Of a stretch of 64,000 bases of DNA, positions 41,599 to 51,840 are shown piece by piece. The stretch lies in assembly GCA_050011565.1 (NCBI GenBank), contig JBEKIW010000004.1:96001-160000 (forward strand). Direction: 5' to 3'. Both the position numbers and the translations under genes were made by a program. Position 1 is the first letter of the stretch; every line of letters begins with the position of its first letter. This stretch comes from Dehalococcoidia bacterium (GTDB lineage: Bacteria > Chloroflexota > Dehalococcoidia > GIF9 > UBA5629). Below the pieces are notes generated by a model. That model was not told the origin of the DNA, made no database searches, and was given only the letters and a program-made list of their open reading frames with translations.

Positions 41599-42402
41599 TT
41601 ATTTCACGATTAAGGTGGTAATTAACCAGTTAAGTATGTTGCTACCCCAGAACAAAGTTACTATGGCAGCCAGGGACAAAAAAGGGCCGAAAGGTATGGC
41701 ATCTTTTCGTCCTTTCAGTTTGAGCAACAGTAAAATCGCAGCCGTCAAGCCGCCGACAATCACGGCAATGAACATAGCCAGAATAACCAATGGGAAGCCG
41801 GTGACAAAGCCTATAAGTGCCGCCAGCTTGATATCTCCCCACCCCATACCGCCTCGATAGAGGAGCCTGGGAAGAAGTAGCAGCAAAAAGCCAATGCCGC
41901 CGCCAATTGCAGCATCAACAATCCATAGCCGAAAGCCCCCACCTACGATATCAACCGGTTCGAAGCCGAATATGGAACCCAGAGCGGCTACAACTAAGGC
42001 GATAACTATTCCCGGGTAAACTAGCTTATTAGGCAATACGCTGTGCTCCAGGTCTATCAGTAGAAGGGAGATAAATAAGCAGCAATATAAGGCGACCAAT
42101 GCCAGTTCCCATCCAAGACCATAATGCCAGTAGAGAAAAGCAAACAAAATGGCGGTACCTAACTCCACCCAGAGCAACCGCTGAGGTATAGTGGCACCGC
42201 AATTGCGGCAACGACCTCTAAGCCATATATAACTGAATATGGGGATATTATCGCTGCCCGGAATTCGGTACTGGCATTCCGAACAATGCGATGGTGGCGA
42301 GATAATAGATTTACCTGCCGGCAGGCGGTCAGCAACTACATTGATAAAGCTGCCTAAAGCGGCGCCGACCATGAAGAATAAAACTACCCATAAAATAGTC
42401 AT
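41599..42402 (-). CDS. pilD: Type IV prepilin peptidase (A24A)
   Basis: GSFINV, S.C..C, GRCRNC, ID.EH..LP, GMGWGDIKL and IPFGPFL motifs. Confidence 0.93.
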   Translation of the reverse strand: MTILWVVLFFMVGAALGSFINVVADRLPAGKSIISPPSHCSECQYRIPGSDNIPIFSYIWLRGRCRNCGATIPQRLLWVELGTAILFAFLYWHYGLGWELALVALYCCLFISLLLIDLEHSVLPNKLVYPGIVIALVVAALGSIFGFEPVDIVGGGFRLWIVDAAIGGGIGFLLLLLPRLLYRGGMGWGDIKLAALIGFVTGFPLVILAMFIAVIVGGLTAAILLLLKLKGRKDAIPFGPFLSLAAIVTLFWGSNILNWLITTLIVK

Positions 42403-43283
42403 TTGCTGAGTTCAATCCTGTCCGCGATGCCCTCCATCATATCCAGCAGGAGAAGACAGTTTCGAAGCGGTTTACCGATTCCAGTAATAATCTTGATTAT
42501 TTCCTGAACTTGCCAGGCGGCAACTACTGCCGGTGTAGCTGACGGATTACCGATTTTCACTTCAATGCCCTGCTCTGGAAATCTGTCTGGGGAACCATAA
42601 ATGCAACAAAGCCCCGCATCTTCCGGGAAAATGGTGGTTAGTTGACCGCAGAAGCCGGCAATGGTTCCATGTACCAGTGGAATCCCCAGGCTCCGACAGG
42701 CGCTCTCAACCGCGAAACGGGATGGTAGGTTGTCCAGCCCATCGGCCACAACCCTGGCACCCTTGAGTAATCTACGAGCATTCTCTTTGGTAAGTTTCTC
42801 TATAAATGTGGTAACCGTCACTGCTGAATTTATTCGGGCTATTCTTTTTGCCGCTTCAAGAGCCTTATATTTACCCAGGTTCTTCTCCGTAGACATCACC
42901 TGCCGGTTTAAATTCTGTTCGGCAAAGCAGTCATTATCGATTATGGTTATGTGGCCAATTCCCTGCCTGGCCAGAAGTTCTATTATGGTACCGCCTAATC
43001 CCCCGGCTCCCACGACAGCTACAGCTGATTGCAATAGTTTAATTTGCCCATCAAGGCCGACGGTGCCTATATTGCGGAGATACCGCCACGGTGTAACACC
43101 CTTTTTTAATGCCGCTATTTCTACGTCTCTAACCGCGATTCCTTGTGCCCGCGCAATAGAAGTCACTGCTTTCAGGCCGATAGCAGGGCATGTACGACCA
43201 TCAGGCTCAATATATGTCACCGCACGTTTGTCAATTTGCTGGCTAATATGTTTGCCCACTATAAGTTGCTTTCCCCAAGACAT
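42399..43283 (-). CDS. HesA/MoeB/ThiF family adenylyltransferase
   Basis: RYLRNIG, VVGAGGLG, D.D...QNLNRQ, DGLDN and NPSATP motifs. Confidence 0.9.
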   Translation of the reverse strand: MSWGKQLIVGKHISQQIDKRAVTYIEPDGRTCPAIGLKAVTSIARAQGIAVRDVEIAALKKGVTPWRYLRNIGTVGLDGQIKLLQSAVAVVGAGGLGGTIIELLARQGIGHITIIDNDCFAEQNLNRQVMSTEKNLGKYKALEAAKRIARINSAVTVTTFIEKLTKENARRLLKGARVVADGLDNLPSRFAVESACRSLGIPLVHGTIAGFCGQLTTIFPEDAGLCCIYGSPDRFPEQGIEVKIGNPSATPAVVAAWQVQEIIKIITGIGKPLRNCLLLLDMMEGIADRIELSK

Positions 43284-43409
43284 TCAAATATGGCAGTTAA
43301 TATGATAGCAAAATAGGATGCATTTAGCATTCAAGGAGATAAGAGGACAGAGGGTAGGTCGGAGCATCTGCTCTGACCGCTATCTATGTGGTATATAAGT
43401 TACAGGTAT

Positions 43410-45932
43410 TTATTTTGAGCCACCTACTAATTGGTCAAGTGCCGGTATTAGCGTAGACCGGTCCGGGCTTTGGTCCAACTTGTCCCTCCATTCAGCAGCT
43501 ATGCCGGGGAGTGCTGTTGTAAATTTTGGGCTCATTGTAGTGAGCTTTAAAATGGCTCGGAAAAGGTCGGCAACATCGTTGTTTGGCACCAACAGCATCG
43601 CAGTGTTGAATTCATCGAGGCCCATATCGGGATTGTCACTAAACAGGATGGTGATTCCAAGCAGGGCATGGGCAGTCCAGTCGTCCGGCTTTTCTTGAGT
43701 GTAGATTTCCAAAGAATCTCCCAGTGGGCTGACCATATCGTACGCCATGAGGTTATTGCACAGGTCAATAAAATAACTTAAATTGGATGGGTTATCTGTT
43801 ATCGGTTGTGTAATCTTAAGCGCAGCCTCTTTATTTTTCCCTTCCCTGGCTAGAAGAAGACCGGAAATGAAAGATGTCTGTGCCCATTCGGGGTCTAAAG
43901 ATGCTGCATAGTCGAGCTTTGTTCGGGCTTCATCCAGGTCACCTTTGGTGATTAGCGCCAGCGACCATTTATCCAATATGACGGCGTTGCCTGGGAACAA
44001 CTGCGATGCCTTATCATATAAAGACATGGCTACAGGCCATTTATCAGCGGCTCCCGACCAAGCCCAATATGTGCAAATATCAGCCAGGGAATAGTGCTCA
44101 TAGGCGACATAACGCCTTAGCTCGACTGCCTTGTATTGAGCTTCGGCAGCCATAGCTAAAACTTCTGTTTTGAAAGATTGTTCCTTGATATGCCTGGCAA
44201 CGTAATAGCTATACTGTCCAAGCGAATGCCAGTAAGTAGCTTCTTCAGGGTACATCCTGGTTGCCTGGTCAAGAGCATAAATAGCCTGCCCGCTGCCGGC
44301 GATTTGTAGCTTCAGCCCCTTCTCCAGGTAGATATCGGCTAAGAACGGCCTGATAGCAATACCGAGACCGACAATTATCAAGGCTAAAACGCAGCCGAGG
44401 GATATCACCAATCTCGTCCCGGTAACACGAGACGTTGCGGTCGTTGCGGTCTGAGCCGCGTCTGTCAGCCGTACCTTTGACGGCGCTTTGTTCCGAATGA
44501 ACCCACCGATGGCACAGGTCATGGCCAGTATCAGCCAGAACACGAGCTCGGGTGATATTGTGGAGAGGTTAAAAAAGATATCGGCCATATACTGAACCAT
44601 GCCAGCCGCCATAGCTATTAAAAGCAGTTTATCAATGTCCGCTGTCGCCCTGCGGAGATAGCGAAAACAAAGATAGAAGAAGGCGGCTAAAATGGAGAGA
44701 AAGCTAATGAGCCCCAGCAGCCCCATTGTCGTGGCCAGATATAGGTAGTCGTTATGAGGGCGATCTACCAAAAGCGACCGGTAAGTGTATTCGCTTTCAA
44801 GTTTTTCGGGGAAAAATAGCTGAAAGTTAATCGTGAATGTCTCGGGCCCGTAGCCGATAACCTTTCGCAGAACGTGCAGTCTATCGTTGGAAAATGGGAC
44901 TTCTGGCGACTTTAGGACTATGTCAATTGCGCTGTGCCAAAATTGTACTCTCAGCCCCAGAGTATAAAGTCCCACCTCTTCTGAGATTGGAGCGGGTTCT
45001 GACTCTTGTGGTGTAGCGGACTCAGTGCTGGGTTGTGAAGATAGCAACGGTGCCAGAAGCAAACCGGCTACTATTACTAGAGCCAGCAGAGACACTGCGC
45101 CCAGGCTCAGTATTAGCCTCTTTCGCTTAACCACGCCCCATATTATTATGAAGACAATTAGCGATATGACATACAGCAAAATAGTTATGGAATATTGTGC
45201 CAGCCACAGGCACCAGAACTGAAGTGCCAACAGAACAGAGAGACTGACCAATATACCAACATTGTTACCTTCTTTTCTCTTGCTCCACGTATATACTATA
45301 AGAGCTAGATTGAATGGAATGACCATGGCTAGGAAGCTGCTGAGGAAAAGTGGATTGCCTACGGTAGAAGATACCCTGACAGCAAATGGATTTGGAAATG
45401 GATTTGGTAACACCCTGGATATTGCATCCGGTAAGTAATATTGCAGGATGCCTGTAAGTGAGACGATAGCCGACGAAACCAGCAATATATAAACAGCTCT
45501 TAGCAGCTGTGCCCTATTTCGGATTTGCTGCGCCACTATCAGGAAAAAAAGTATCCAGCAAATCAAAGTAAGCAGCCCTGCTTTTCTGAAATAGCTTCCC
45601 CAGAAGCTTATGGCCGGGGTTATGGAAGCTGCTGTGGACAGGACCGCCAGCAGTCCGAATACCAGTATGGAAAGGTGCAGCGGTGAGGGAAAGATAGCTA
45701 TCCAGTTCAGCCTCCTATGACCGGCCGGGCTCAGTATCCAGTCAGCCAGCCACAGCGCCAGCATAGCCGATACCAGGAACTGAAACAAGGCAGCTTTATT
45801 TAGAATAAAAACCTGATGGCTTAGAGGGTTGAAGAAGAGGGGGATTAAGAAGATAGTAGCCAGCCAGGTTATCTCAAGAGCCCGCTTGAAAAAATTAGGC
45901 CGGATGTTTGGCTGTTCCATGATGGCTGTCAT
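43410..45932 (-). CDS. O-antigen ligase (Wzy_C)-like membrane protein with TPR repeats; candidate pilin oligosaccharyltransferase
   Basis: Multiple TM helices, RVSSTVGNP, R..FW, IGYGPETF, DRPHNDYL...GLLG, and C-terminal TPRs. Start uncertain (45920-45950). Confidence 0.8.
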   Translation of the reverse strand: MTAIMEQPNIRPNFFKRALEITWLATIFLIPLFFNPLSHQVFILNKAALFQFLVSAMLALWLADWILSPAGHRRLNWIAIFPSPLHLSILVFGLLAVLSTAASITPAISFWGSYFRKAGLLTLICWILFFLIVAQQIRNRAQLLRAVYILLVSSAIVSLTGILQYYLPDAISRVLPNPFPNPFAVRVSSTVGNPLFLSSFLAMVIPFNLALIVYTWSKRKEGNNVGILVSLSVLLALQFWCLWLAQYSITILLYVISLIVFIIIWGVVKRKRLILSLGAVSLLALVIVAGLLLAPLLSSQPSTESATPQESEPAPISEEVGLYTLGLRVQFWHSAIDIVLKSPEVPFSNDRLHVLRKVIGYGPETFTINFQLFFPEKLESEYTYRSLLVDRPHNDYLYLATTMGLLGLISFLSILAAFFYLCFRYLRRATADIDKLLLIAMAAGMVQYMADIFFNLSTISPELVFWLILAMTCAIGGFIRNKAPSKVRLTDAAQTATTATSRVTGTRLVISLGCVLALIIVGLGIAIRPFLADIYLEKGLKLQIAGSGQAIYALDQATRMYPEEATYWHSLGQYSYYVARHIKEQSFKTEVLAMAAEAQYKAVELRRYVAYEHYSLADICTYWAWSGAADKWPVAMSLYDKASQLFPGNAVILDKWSLALITKGDLDEARTKLDYAASLDPEWAQTSFISGLLLAREGKNKEAALKITQPITDNPSNLSYFIDLCNNLMAYDMVSPLGDSLEIYTQEKPDDWTAHALLGITILFSDNPDMGLDEFNTAMLLVPNNDVADLFRAILKLTTMSPKFTTALPGIAAEWRDKLDQSPDRSTLIPALDQLVGGSK

Positions 45933-45996
45933 TATAGACTTTCCTAGCAAACCTTGTTTATTTGAGGCTCCATCAATATTTGAGGTTCCATCAATA

Positions 45997-46037
45997 CAGT
46001 ACTATTGTCCTATTATGTGAATAGGACTAATCTCCTA
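45997..46037. promoter_or_regulatory. Two TAGKAC-N4-GTCCTA-like palindromic boxes upstream of the pilin promoter
   Basis: CAGTAC-TATT-GTCCTA and TAGGAC-TAAT-CTCCTA; putative -35 TTGACT at 46071. Confidence 0.5.
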
Positions 46038-46149
46038 TCTCTACATGTACCAAATCACTATGCAAATACATTGACTTGTAGCCTATGGGTAATATAAGAT
46101 ACGAAGTATATTATTGTACGCATGAACAATGAGAAAGGAGGTGAATGTA

Positions 46150-46524
46150 ATGCGTAAATTATTGAAGGCGATAGGAAAAATCCATAGTGGGAGAATGGGT
46201 GAGGGTGGCTTTACCCTCATCGAGTTACTGGTTGTCATCGGCATCCTGGCAGCTCTAGCTGGTGTAGTCACACTGGCTGTCGGTCGGTTCATCGGCGCTG
46301 GCACGTGCCAGGCTTGTTTAACCGACCGTCACAACGTGCAGACGGCTGTAGTAGCTTTTATGGCACAAAACTTGGGAGCTACACCAGCCAATCCTGCACA
46401 AACTAGCGCTGATCTGGCGCCATACATGGTAGATAAGCCGAAGTATAACTGGACGTGGAATACAACCAGTGGTAACCTCATTGAGACCTGCGGCGGTGTG
46501 ACATCAGGCGTATGTACCCCGTAA
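46150..46524 (+). CDS. pilA: Probable major type IV pilin
   Basis: G|FTLIELLVVI class III signal peptide; AAGGAGGTG ribosome-binding site; own promoter and terminator; 104-aa mature protein. Confidence 0.85.
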   Translation: MRKLLKAIGKIHSGRMGEGGFTLIELLVVIGILAALAGVVTLAVGRFIGAGTCQACLTDRHNVQTAVVAFMAQNLGATPANPAQTSADLAPYMVDKPKYNWTWNTTSGNLIETCGGVTSGVCTP

Positions 46525-46578
46525 ACAGAAGTAATCAGAAAAGCGACATATAGGGCGATATAGTAGCCATAGAGGTTC

Positions 46579-46610
46579 GGGGCAGACCTGGAGGTCTGCC
46601 CCTTTGTTTT
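46579..46610 (+). terminator. Intrinsic terminator of the pilin gene
   Basis: ggggcagacc-tgga-ggtctgcccc-tttgtttt. Confidence 0.85.
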
Positions 46611-46685
46611 ATTTAAGGCATTTCCTATACCGCAAGGCTCCAGATTTGATGCCCCTTTCTTATCTATCATTCCTGATTTTATCCT

Positions 46686-46890
46686 GTTATCCTGAGGCTT
46701 TTTGACCATCATCTTGGGCGCAGCGAAGGATCTGTGTAATTAATTAATGAACCAGACCCTTCACTTCGTTCGGGGTGGCAAAATATAAGCTCAGGGTGGC
46801 AAAATACAGGTTTCGGAGGGCAACTGGGGTAGATTCTTCATCGCTTCGCTCCTCAGAATGACAGGATGGCAGGCTTTCTCACAATGACAG
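46686..46890. repeat. Cluster of degenerate REP-like elements (TGTCATCCTGAG...GAAGGATCT / AGATTCTTC...CTCAGAATGACA family)
   Basis: gcgcagcgaaggatct, agacccttcacttcgttcggggtggca and agattcttcatcgcttcgctcctcagaatgaca, lying between convergent genes. Confidence 0.55.
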
Positions 46891-46916
46891 GATGACGGGC
46901 GCTTACCTTGTTGGGG

Positions 46917-48314
46917 TTATTGCAGAGTCAAGGTGAACTGCCACTGATTGTATTGCATCTCGCTCATGTTTGATATCATGACTGAGGAGAACTGGCCGGA
47001 GTTCGTTAAGGCGCGGACATAGTCCACAACTGTGGTGTCATCGGGTGCTATGCCGGTTACGGTCAGCGTCCCTGCGGAATAATCAATGGAATTCAAATCG
47101 ATAATGCCGGGCAACAGGCTGGTTACCTTGCTCAGGACGTTATTTGCCGTAGCTCGTTGTGCTTTAGCGCTATCCAACGCCTGAGTAAAGACAGCGCCGG
47201 CATTATGAGCTTTATCAATTTGTGCCTGCAATTGCTTGATTGCTGTCTGAGTGGTTTGCCTATTTTCAATCTGAGTCTGTATGCTGTTGACTTGTGTCAT
47301 CAAACCTATGGTTTGCCTATATGACTGTAAGGTGGTTATACCGAACAGCAGGAGCATTATGATTGCCAGCACGATAAATGCCCAAGAAGCAAGTTGAATA
47401 ACGGGAAATGACTTGGGCAGATAGACTTCAGGGGTGACATTCAGGTTGACCCGTGCCGGGCTGATATCAACCCGCGTCTGTCTTAGAGCCAGGCCTATAT
47501 TAGTCGCATATTCACTTGTATTTAGACTATCGGCATAGGATAACAATTGAGGCAATGGCTTAACTCGATACTCCAATGTTCCTGCCAGCATCTCACCCAG
47601 CTCACCGCTGACGAAAGCTGCCATGCGGTTGGTGATTTCACCACCTTTGTGGCTTGAGTTATAGAAGGCAATCGTCCTGTCCAGCTCTTCTTTTACCTCG
47701 GCTATTTTCTCATCTGGCGAAGCTGCGTCATCCGGGAATGGCAGGCTGCGCAGCAATTCGGGTATGCCATCAATCACGGCAACGATGTCAAATCCAACTG
47801 GCTGGGCATTTATTATTAAAGAATCCCTTTCATCGGCGACTCTGGCCAAAGCCAGCGGCCTGACATCAATGACCTCGGGTTGTAACCCCGCCTGACGCAA
47901 TGTTTCCAGCACGGAATCAACATTACTACGCGGCATACCGACAAGACAGATGGCGGTCTCTATATCTGACAGGCTTATTGCCTGCCACGATGTATAAAGC
48001 TCGTTCAGAGGTACCGGCATCGCCCTCTCCATTTCCTGGCGAACCGCCTGGTCTAGCAGGTTCTTCGGTAATTTTGGGACTTTAACCACACGGTATATAG
48101 AATGAATGCCGCTGATGCCGACCATAACCCTCTTTTCGCTGATGCCGTGGGCGGCCATCAGCTCGCTGATACGCTGGCCGACAGTAACCGGGTTAGTGAT
48201 GATGCCGTCATGTATCAAGCCTGCCTCCAGCGGCAAGCTGGCTGCCATTTCCACCTGCTTTCCCTTGACCACCATCAATTTTATTGAGTTATCTTCAATA
48301 TCTAAAGTGACCAT
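46917..48314 (-). CDS. PilM-PilN fusion protein
   Basis: N-terminal TLDIE..SIK, MPVPL.E, AGL.P..IDV.PLALAR (PilM); then VNLN..P, a TM helix, coiled coil and PilN-like LTVTG.A. Confidence 0.8.
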   Translation of the reverse strand: MVTLDIEDNSIKLMVVKGKQVEMAASLPLEAGLIHDGIITNPVTVGQRISELMAAHGISEKRVMVGISGIHSIYRVVKVPKLPKNLLDQAVRQEMERAMPVPLNELYTSWQAISLSDIETAICLVGMPRSNVDSVLETLRQAGLQPEVIDVRPLALARVADERDSLIINAQPVGFDIVAVIDGIPELLRSLPFPDDAASPDEKIAEVKEELDRTIAFYNSSHKGGEITNRMAAFVSGELGEMLAGTLEYRVKPLPQLLSYADSLNTSEYATNIGLALRQTRVDISPARVNLNVTPEVYLPKSFPVIQLASWAFIVLAIIMLLLFGITTLQSYRQTIGLMTQVNSIQTQIENRQTTQTAIKQLQAQIDKAHNAGAVFTQALDSAKAQRATANNVLSKVTSLLPGIIDLNSIDYSAGTLTVTGIAPDDTTVVDYVRALTNSGQFSSVMISNMSEMQYNQWQFTLTLQ

Positions 48315-48323
48315 GGCTGCTGC

Positions 48324-48902
48324 TTAACTGCCTCCATAACATAGTACATCCATTACCACGGTGGCTGTGTCGTACTCTCCCTCTACTCCGGTAATCGTAA
48401 ATGTCACTCGGTTTATCTGGGATGTCGGCAGCTTCGTATCAAGTCCCAGGAGGAAGTTCTGGAACAGAGATACTTGCCCTTTGAGATTAAGCGTAATGGT
48501 CAATATCGGACCTATACTTCCAGGCGGTGTCGAAGTTGCTACCTTGGTTGCTGTGATGTATATATCATTGACCTCAGCCAGTTTTCGCAGGCTATCGAGT
48601 ATTTGTGGCGACCCCTGGGGGCTGGGGAAAGTGGCTTTAGCCGATTCTGTATCAGCTGTAGCCTGTGCCAGATCAGCTTCGAATTTAGCTTTTGGCGTTT
48701 GCACCGGGGTTACTATTTTCTGCAGGTTGGACAGGGTGGCTTCTAATTGACTTTGCCTTTCCGGCTGTTGTTGATTGACTACAAATAGGGGTACAAATAT
48801 GACCAAAAAAATGCCGATAACCAGCACTAGCTGGCTGATACGGCCCAGCTTGGGCAGCCTATCCAGAAAGCCTTTCTTCTTTTCCTGTCCGGGTTCCATC
48901 AT
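48324..48902 (-). CDS. PilO-like pilus alignment protein
   Basis: TM helix, coiled coil, P...ILDSLRKLA and LKG...FQNFL; position next to pilMN. Confidence 0.7.
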   Translation of the reverse strand: MMEPGQEKKKGFLDRLPKLGRISQLVLVIGIFLVIFVPLFVVNQQQPERQSQLEATLSNLQKIVTPVQTPKAKFEADLAQATADTESAKATFPSPQGSPQILDSLRKLAEVNDIYITATKVATSTPPGSIGPILTITLNLKGQVSLFQNFLLGLDTKLPTSQINRVTFTITGVEGEYDTATVVMDVLCYGGS

Positions 48903-49191
48903 TTTTGACTATCTTGTTATATAGATTTCTTTCCTGCCTTCAAGCCAGTCTAGTGTAGCACTTTTGCTCTAAAAAAAACAGAGGTAAAGATTTCTAAGGC
49001 CGGTTGGGGGAGAATGACGGGTTAAAAGTTAAAAAATGAGGTAACAAATTTTGCATCCATGTTCGGCATTCAGTTTTTTAGCTTTTGACTTGATACTACG
49101 AGTATCACCAGGCACGTGGCCTGTACATGTCTGCATTGCAAGGATTTAACCATGGGTTCCTTTTTGATTAATTTCTATTTCCGCCGGTCTC

Positions 49192-51237
49192 CTACTGAAC
49201 GCTATACATCATGCTGCCTACATCGAACTCCGAGCCAGGAGTAACTGCCGTGCTGGTAACCGAGAAGACTATATATACTATCATGATTCCATCGCTCACG
49301 GTCTGCGCACGAACCTGGGCCTGGGTATCGCCCGGCTGCACTATGCCGGATAGAGAGTTGTTATCTTTGTCTTTATTATATATATCCAAATCAACACCGC
49401 CGATTGTTCCCGTGGCCTCTCCATCCAGGGCAGACGGAGTAAATCCGGTGGACGTTGAATATGAATTGAATACATTATTATAGTAGTTATTGTCGCCGGA
49501 ATTATGGTCTCCTAGATAGACAAAGCCAGCAGAATGTTGCCCCTTGAACTGGAAAGAGTCGGGGGTAATTTGTGGATCGCCCTCGGCGACGAAGTAACCC
49601 ACCTTGGCATCGATGTTAGTAGAGGGAGCTTGAAAGCCAGAAATGGTGAATGTGGCTGAAACAGTGCTGCCGTTCCCCCAGAGATAGGCAAGATTGTCAT
49701 ATGTGTAGATTTGGTGTACCCCTACTGCCGTCTGTTGGCTGGAATAAATGATAATCATCGACCAGCCGGCGTTGGCTGCCTGGTACTTTAAATCCGAGGC
49801 ACACGTAGTAGCGGGGGTTGCGTTAACGGCACCCACGGTGAACATCGTGTTTCTGATGCCCGTAGGGGTTATCGCTTTTACCCTGTCGGAAACGTCGGCA
49901 AAACCGGCGTACTGGTAACCGTTTGAACCAGAGGTTGCCATATTGTAATATCTGTCAGCCGTTACTGTTCCGTCTGTTCCCACCAAATGTCCATTAACCT
50001 TGAGTGTCACTTGTGTATCGGGATTACTAGTGCTCAACCAGCCTGTCCAGTAAAGATATGCTTTCTCTATTTTGGCGTCTGATGGCCCGAAATCAGCATT
50101 GATTGTGGCACTGCTTTCTGTGTAGTATTTGCCGAGACAGTTCCATTCGCAATCATAATTACAGGGTGGTCCCGCTTTATAATTGGGATTACGAGTAGTC
50201 CCGGCATTATACCAGCAACATGTCATCAGGCTATTACCGATAGCTATATAATCTCCCTGGACAGCTGAGGCGCTGCCGGTAGTACCGCCGATATAGCGTG
50301 TCATCCCTTTGGGGGCGTAAGCCTCGATTGTGGTGTTATCAGTAGCGCCGGGTGTAAAGCTTGTGGACTTAACGTGATAGAAGCCTGAGATAGTATCCCA
50401 GGCAATGCTCTGATTGCCCAGCTGTATCCAGGGGAAAAATCCGTTGGCTCGTTTAAAAGGTGTAACGGTGTACTTGAAGGACAGCTGTACGCTGGGTGGG
50501 TACTTATCTGCCGGTATCAAACCACCTCCAGGAGGAAGAGGGGCGATGTCGGAGAGGTCTTTAAAAGTTCTACCCAAATAGTCCCATTTATAAATGGTGC
50601 CGCCGCGCCAGAACTGCTGGGAGGTATAATTCTTGACATATTGGTAGTTAGTTCCTGGCCCACCGATGGGAACGCCATTAATTTTTACATTACTAGTAAG
50701 ACTGTTAATACTGTATCCTTGAGGTAGCCAGACGCTAATATTGTCAAGTGGTGTTGTGGCAGCCGCAGTGGTGCTGACCTGGATAACGTAGGTGGAGTTA
50801 TCACTAATATTAAGAGCGCTAATAAGTGTCCAGTTGGCAGCACCGCTCGTAGGTTGCGTGTCTGGATAGCCAGTGAGGCCCTTTAAAAGCCAGGGAGTGC
50901 TAATATTCACCTGCACATCGTCATTGTTTACTTTCACTCTCTGAGCCGTCTGATTATCACTCAGCCAATATGTTATCCCAGATGTTGGCCAATAAAGTGT
51001 GGGATTGATTATTTTCGTTCGAGCATCACTTTGCAGATACCACATGGCGTTGTCTATACCGGCATCGGCGGCATACAGTTCCCGCGTGTGCAGGTTCACG
51101 CTTTGGGTGGCCTTGAGGTTGGTGGTGGCGAGAGAAAGAGTGGGGACAATGGCTGCGGCTCCGAGTAGCATCAGTAACAGCGCCATTGGTAAAGTTTGTC
51201 CGGCTTCTTTTGGCAACATTCGTCTTAGTAGCTTCAT
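49192..51237 (-). CDS. Large PilX-like minor pilin with C-terminal adhesin-like domains
   Basis: EAG|QTLPMALL...YAADAGID.A (PilX-type N-terminus); Thr/Ser/Asn-rich beta domains; SSATI...AYLYWTG. Confidence 0.7.
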   Translation of the reverse strand: MKLLRRMLPKEAGQTLPMALLLMLLGAAAIVPTLSLATTNLKATQSVNLHTRELYAADAGIDNAMWYLQSDARTKIINPTLYWPTSGITYWLSDNQTAQRVKVNNDDVQVNISTPWLLKGLTGYPDTQPTSGAANWTLISALNISDNSTYVIQVSTTAAATTPLDNISVWLPQGYSINSLTSNVKINGVPIGGPGTNYQYVKNYTSQQFWRGGTIYKWDYLGRTFKDLSDIAPLPPGGGLIPADKYPPSVQLSFKYTVTPFKRANGFFPWIQLGNQSIAWDTISGFYHVKSTSFTPGATDNTTIEAYAPKGMTRYIGGTTGSASAVQGDYIAIGNSLMTCCWYNAGTTRNPNYKAGPPCNYDCEWNCLGKYYTESSATINADFGPSDAKIEKAYLYWTGWLSTSNPDTQVTLKVNGHLVGTDGTVTADRYYNMATSGSNGYQYAGFADVSDRVKAITPTGIRNTMFTVGAVNATPATTCASDLKYQAANAGWSMIIIYSSQQTAVGVHQIYTYDNLAYLWGNGSTVSATFTISGFQAPSTNIDAKVGYFVAEGDPQITPDSFQFKGQHSAGFVYLGDHNSGDNNYYNNVFNSYSTSTGFTPSALDGEATGTIGGVDLDIYNKDKDNNSLSGIVQPGDTQAQVRAQTVSDGIMIVYIVFSVTSTAVTPGSEFDVGSMMYSVQ

Positions 51238-51239
51238 GT

Positions 51240-51776
51240 TCAACCTCCCCAATCCGTTGGTCGCGGGCTTATCTGATAAGTATCCTGCACATATCTTGTG
51301 CCATTCAACGAGGCTCTTATGTTCACAGTCAACTTCATTAAAGTAGTATCCCAGGTACAGTTAGTGTAGGCGGGGACGATATATTGAGCGATTAAAATTG
51401 CAGGTCCACCATTAAGACTACGCGTCAGCGTATTACCGTTGAGAATATATTGAATATCATTGTTATATTGAGTACCACTGATATTGTTCCAATCGCTCCA
51501 TTTAAGAGACAGGAAAACACCGGGTGTATTGCTGCTCACTACCTGCGCCATGACAGCATCGCGGGTAATCCAGTGACCGGCGTTCTGCACCTGGCGCAGA
51601 TTTACATTCCATTCGTCATTCTGCGAGGTGGTTCTCGTTATGGTGATTATGGATGCCGACATAACGCCGATAATAGCGCCGGCTATAGCCAGCGCCACCA
51701 ACATCTCGATGAGAGTAAACCCCTTCTCAGTTATCTTCGGCATTGTCTTTCTCTTTTCGCCGCTGTATGCCTTCAT
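51240..51776 (-). CDS. Minor type IV pilin (PilW-like)
   Basis: EKG|FTLIEMLVAL; alternative start at 51743. Confidence 0.85.
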   Translation of the reverse strand: MKAYSGEKRKTMPKITEKGFTLIEMLVALAIAGAIIGVMSASIITITRTTSQNDEWNVNLRQVQNAGHWITRDAVMAQVVSSNTPGVFLSLKWSDWNNISGTQYNNDIQYILNGNTLTRSLNGGPAILIAQYIVPAYTNCTWDTTLMKLTVNIRASLNGTRYVQDTYQISPRPTDWGG

Positions 51777-51840
51777 TTTGTCCAGATAATTTAGCTGCGA
51801 CCTGCAGTCCCGGCTCTTTCTGTGCTAGCGATAGCAGTGC

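Noticed and set aside
42661-43305. 214-aa plus-strand ORF and other long antisense ORFs (e.g. 9149..9865, 34132..34686)
   Set aside because: They lie antisense to well-supported genes and have no recognisable motifs or ribosome-binding sites.
46150-46524. Conductive e-pilin
   Set aside because: The mature length is 104 aa with sparse aromatics and long aromatic-free gaps, unlike truncated Geobacter-type pilins.
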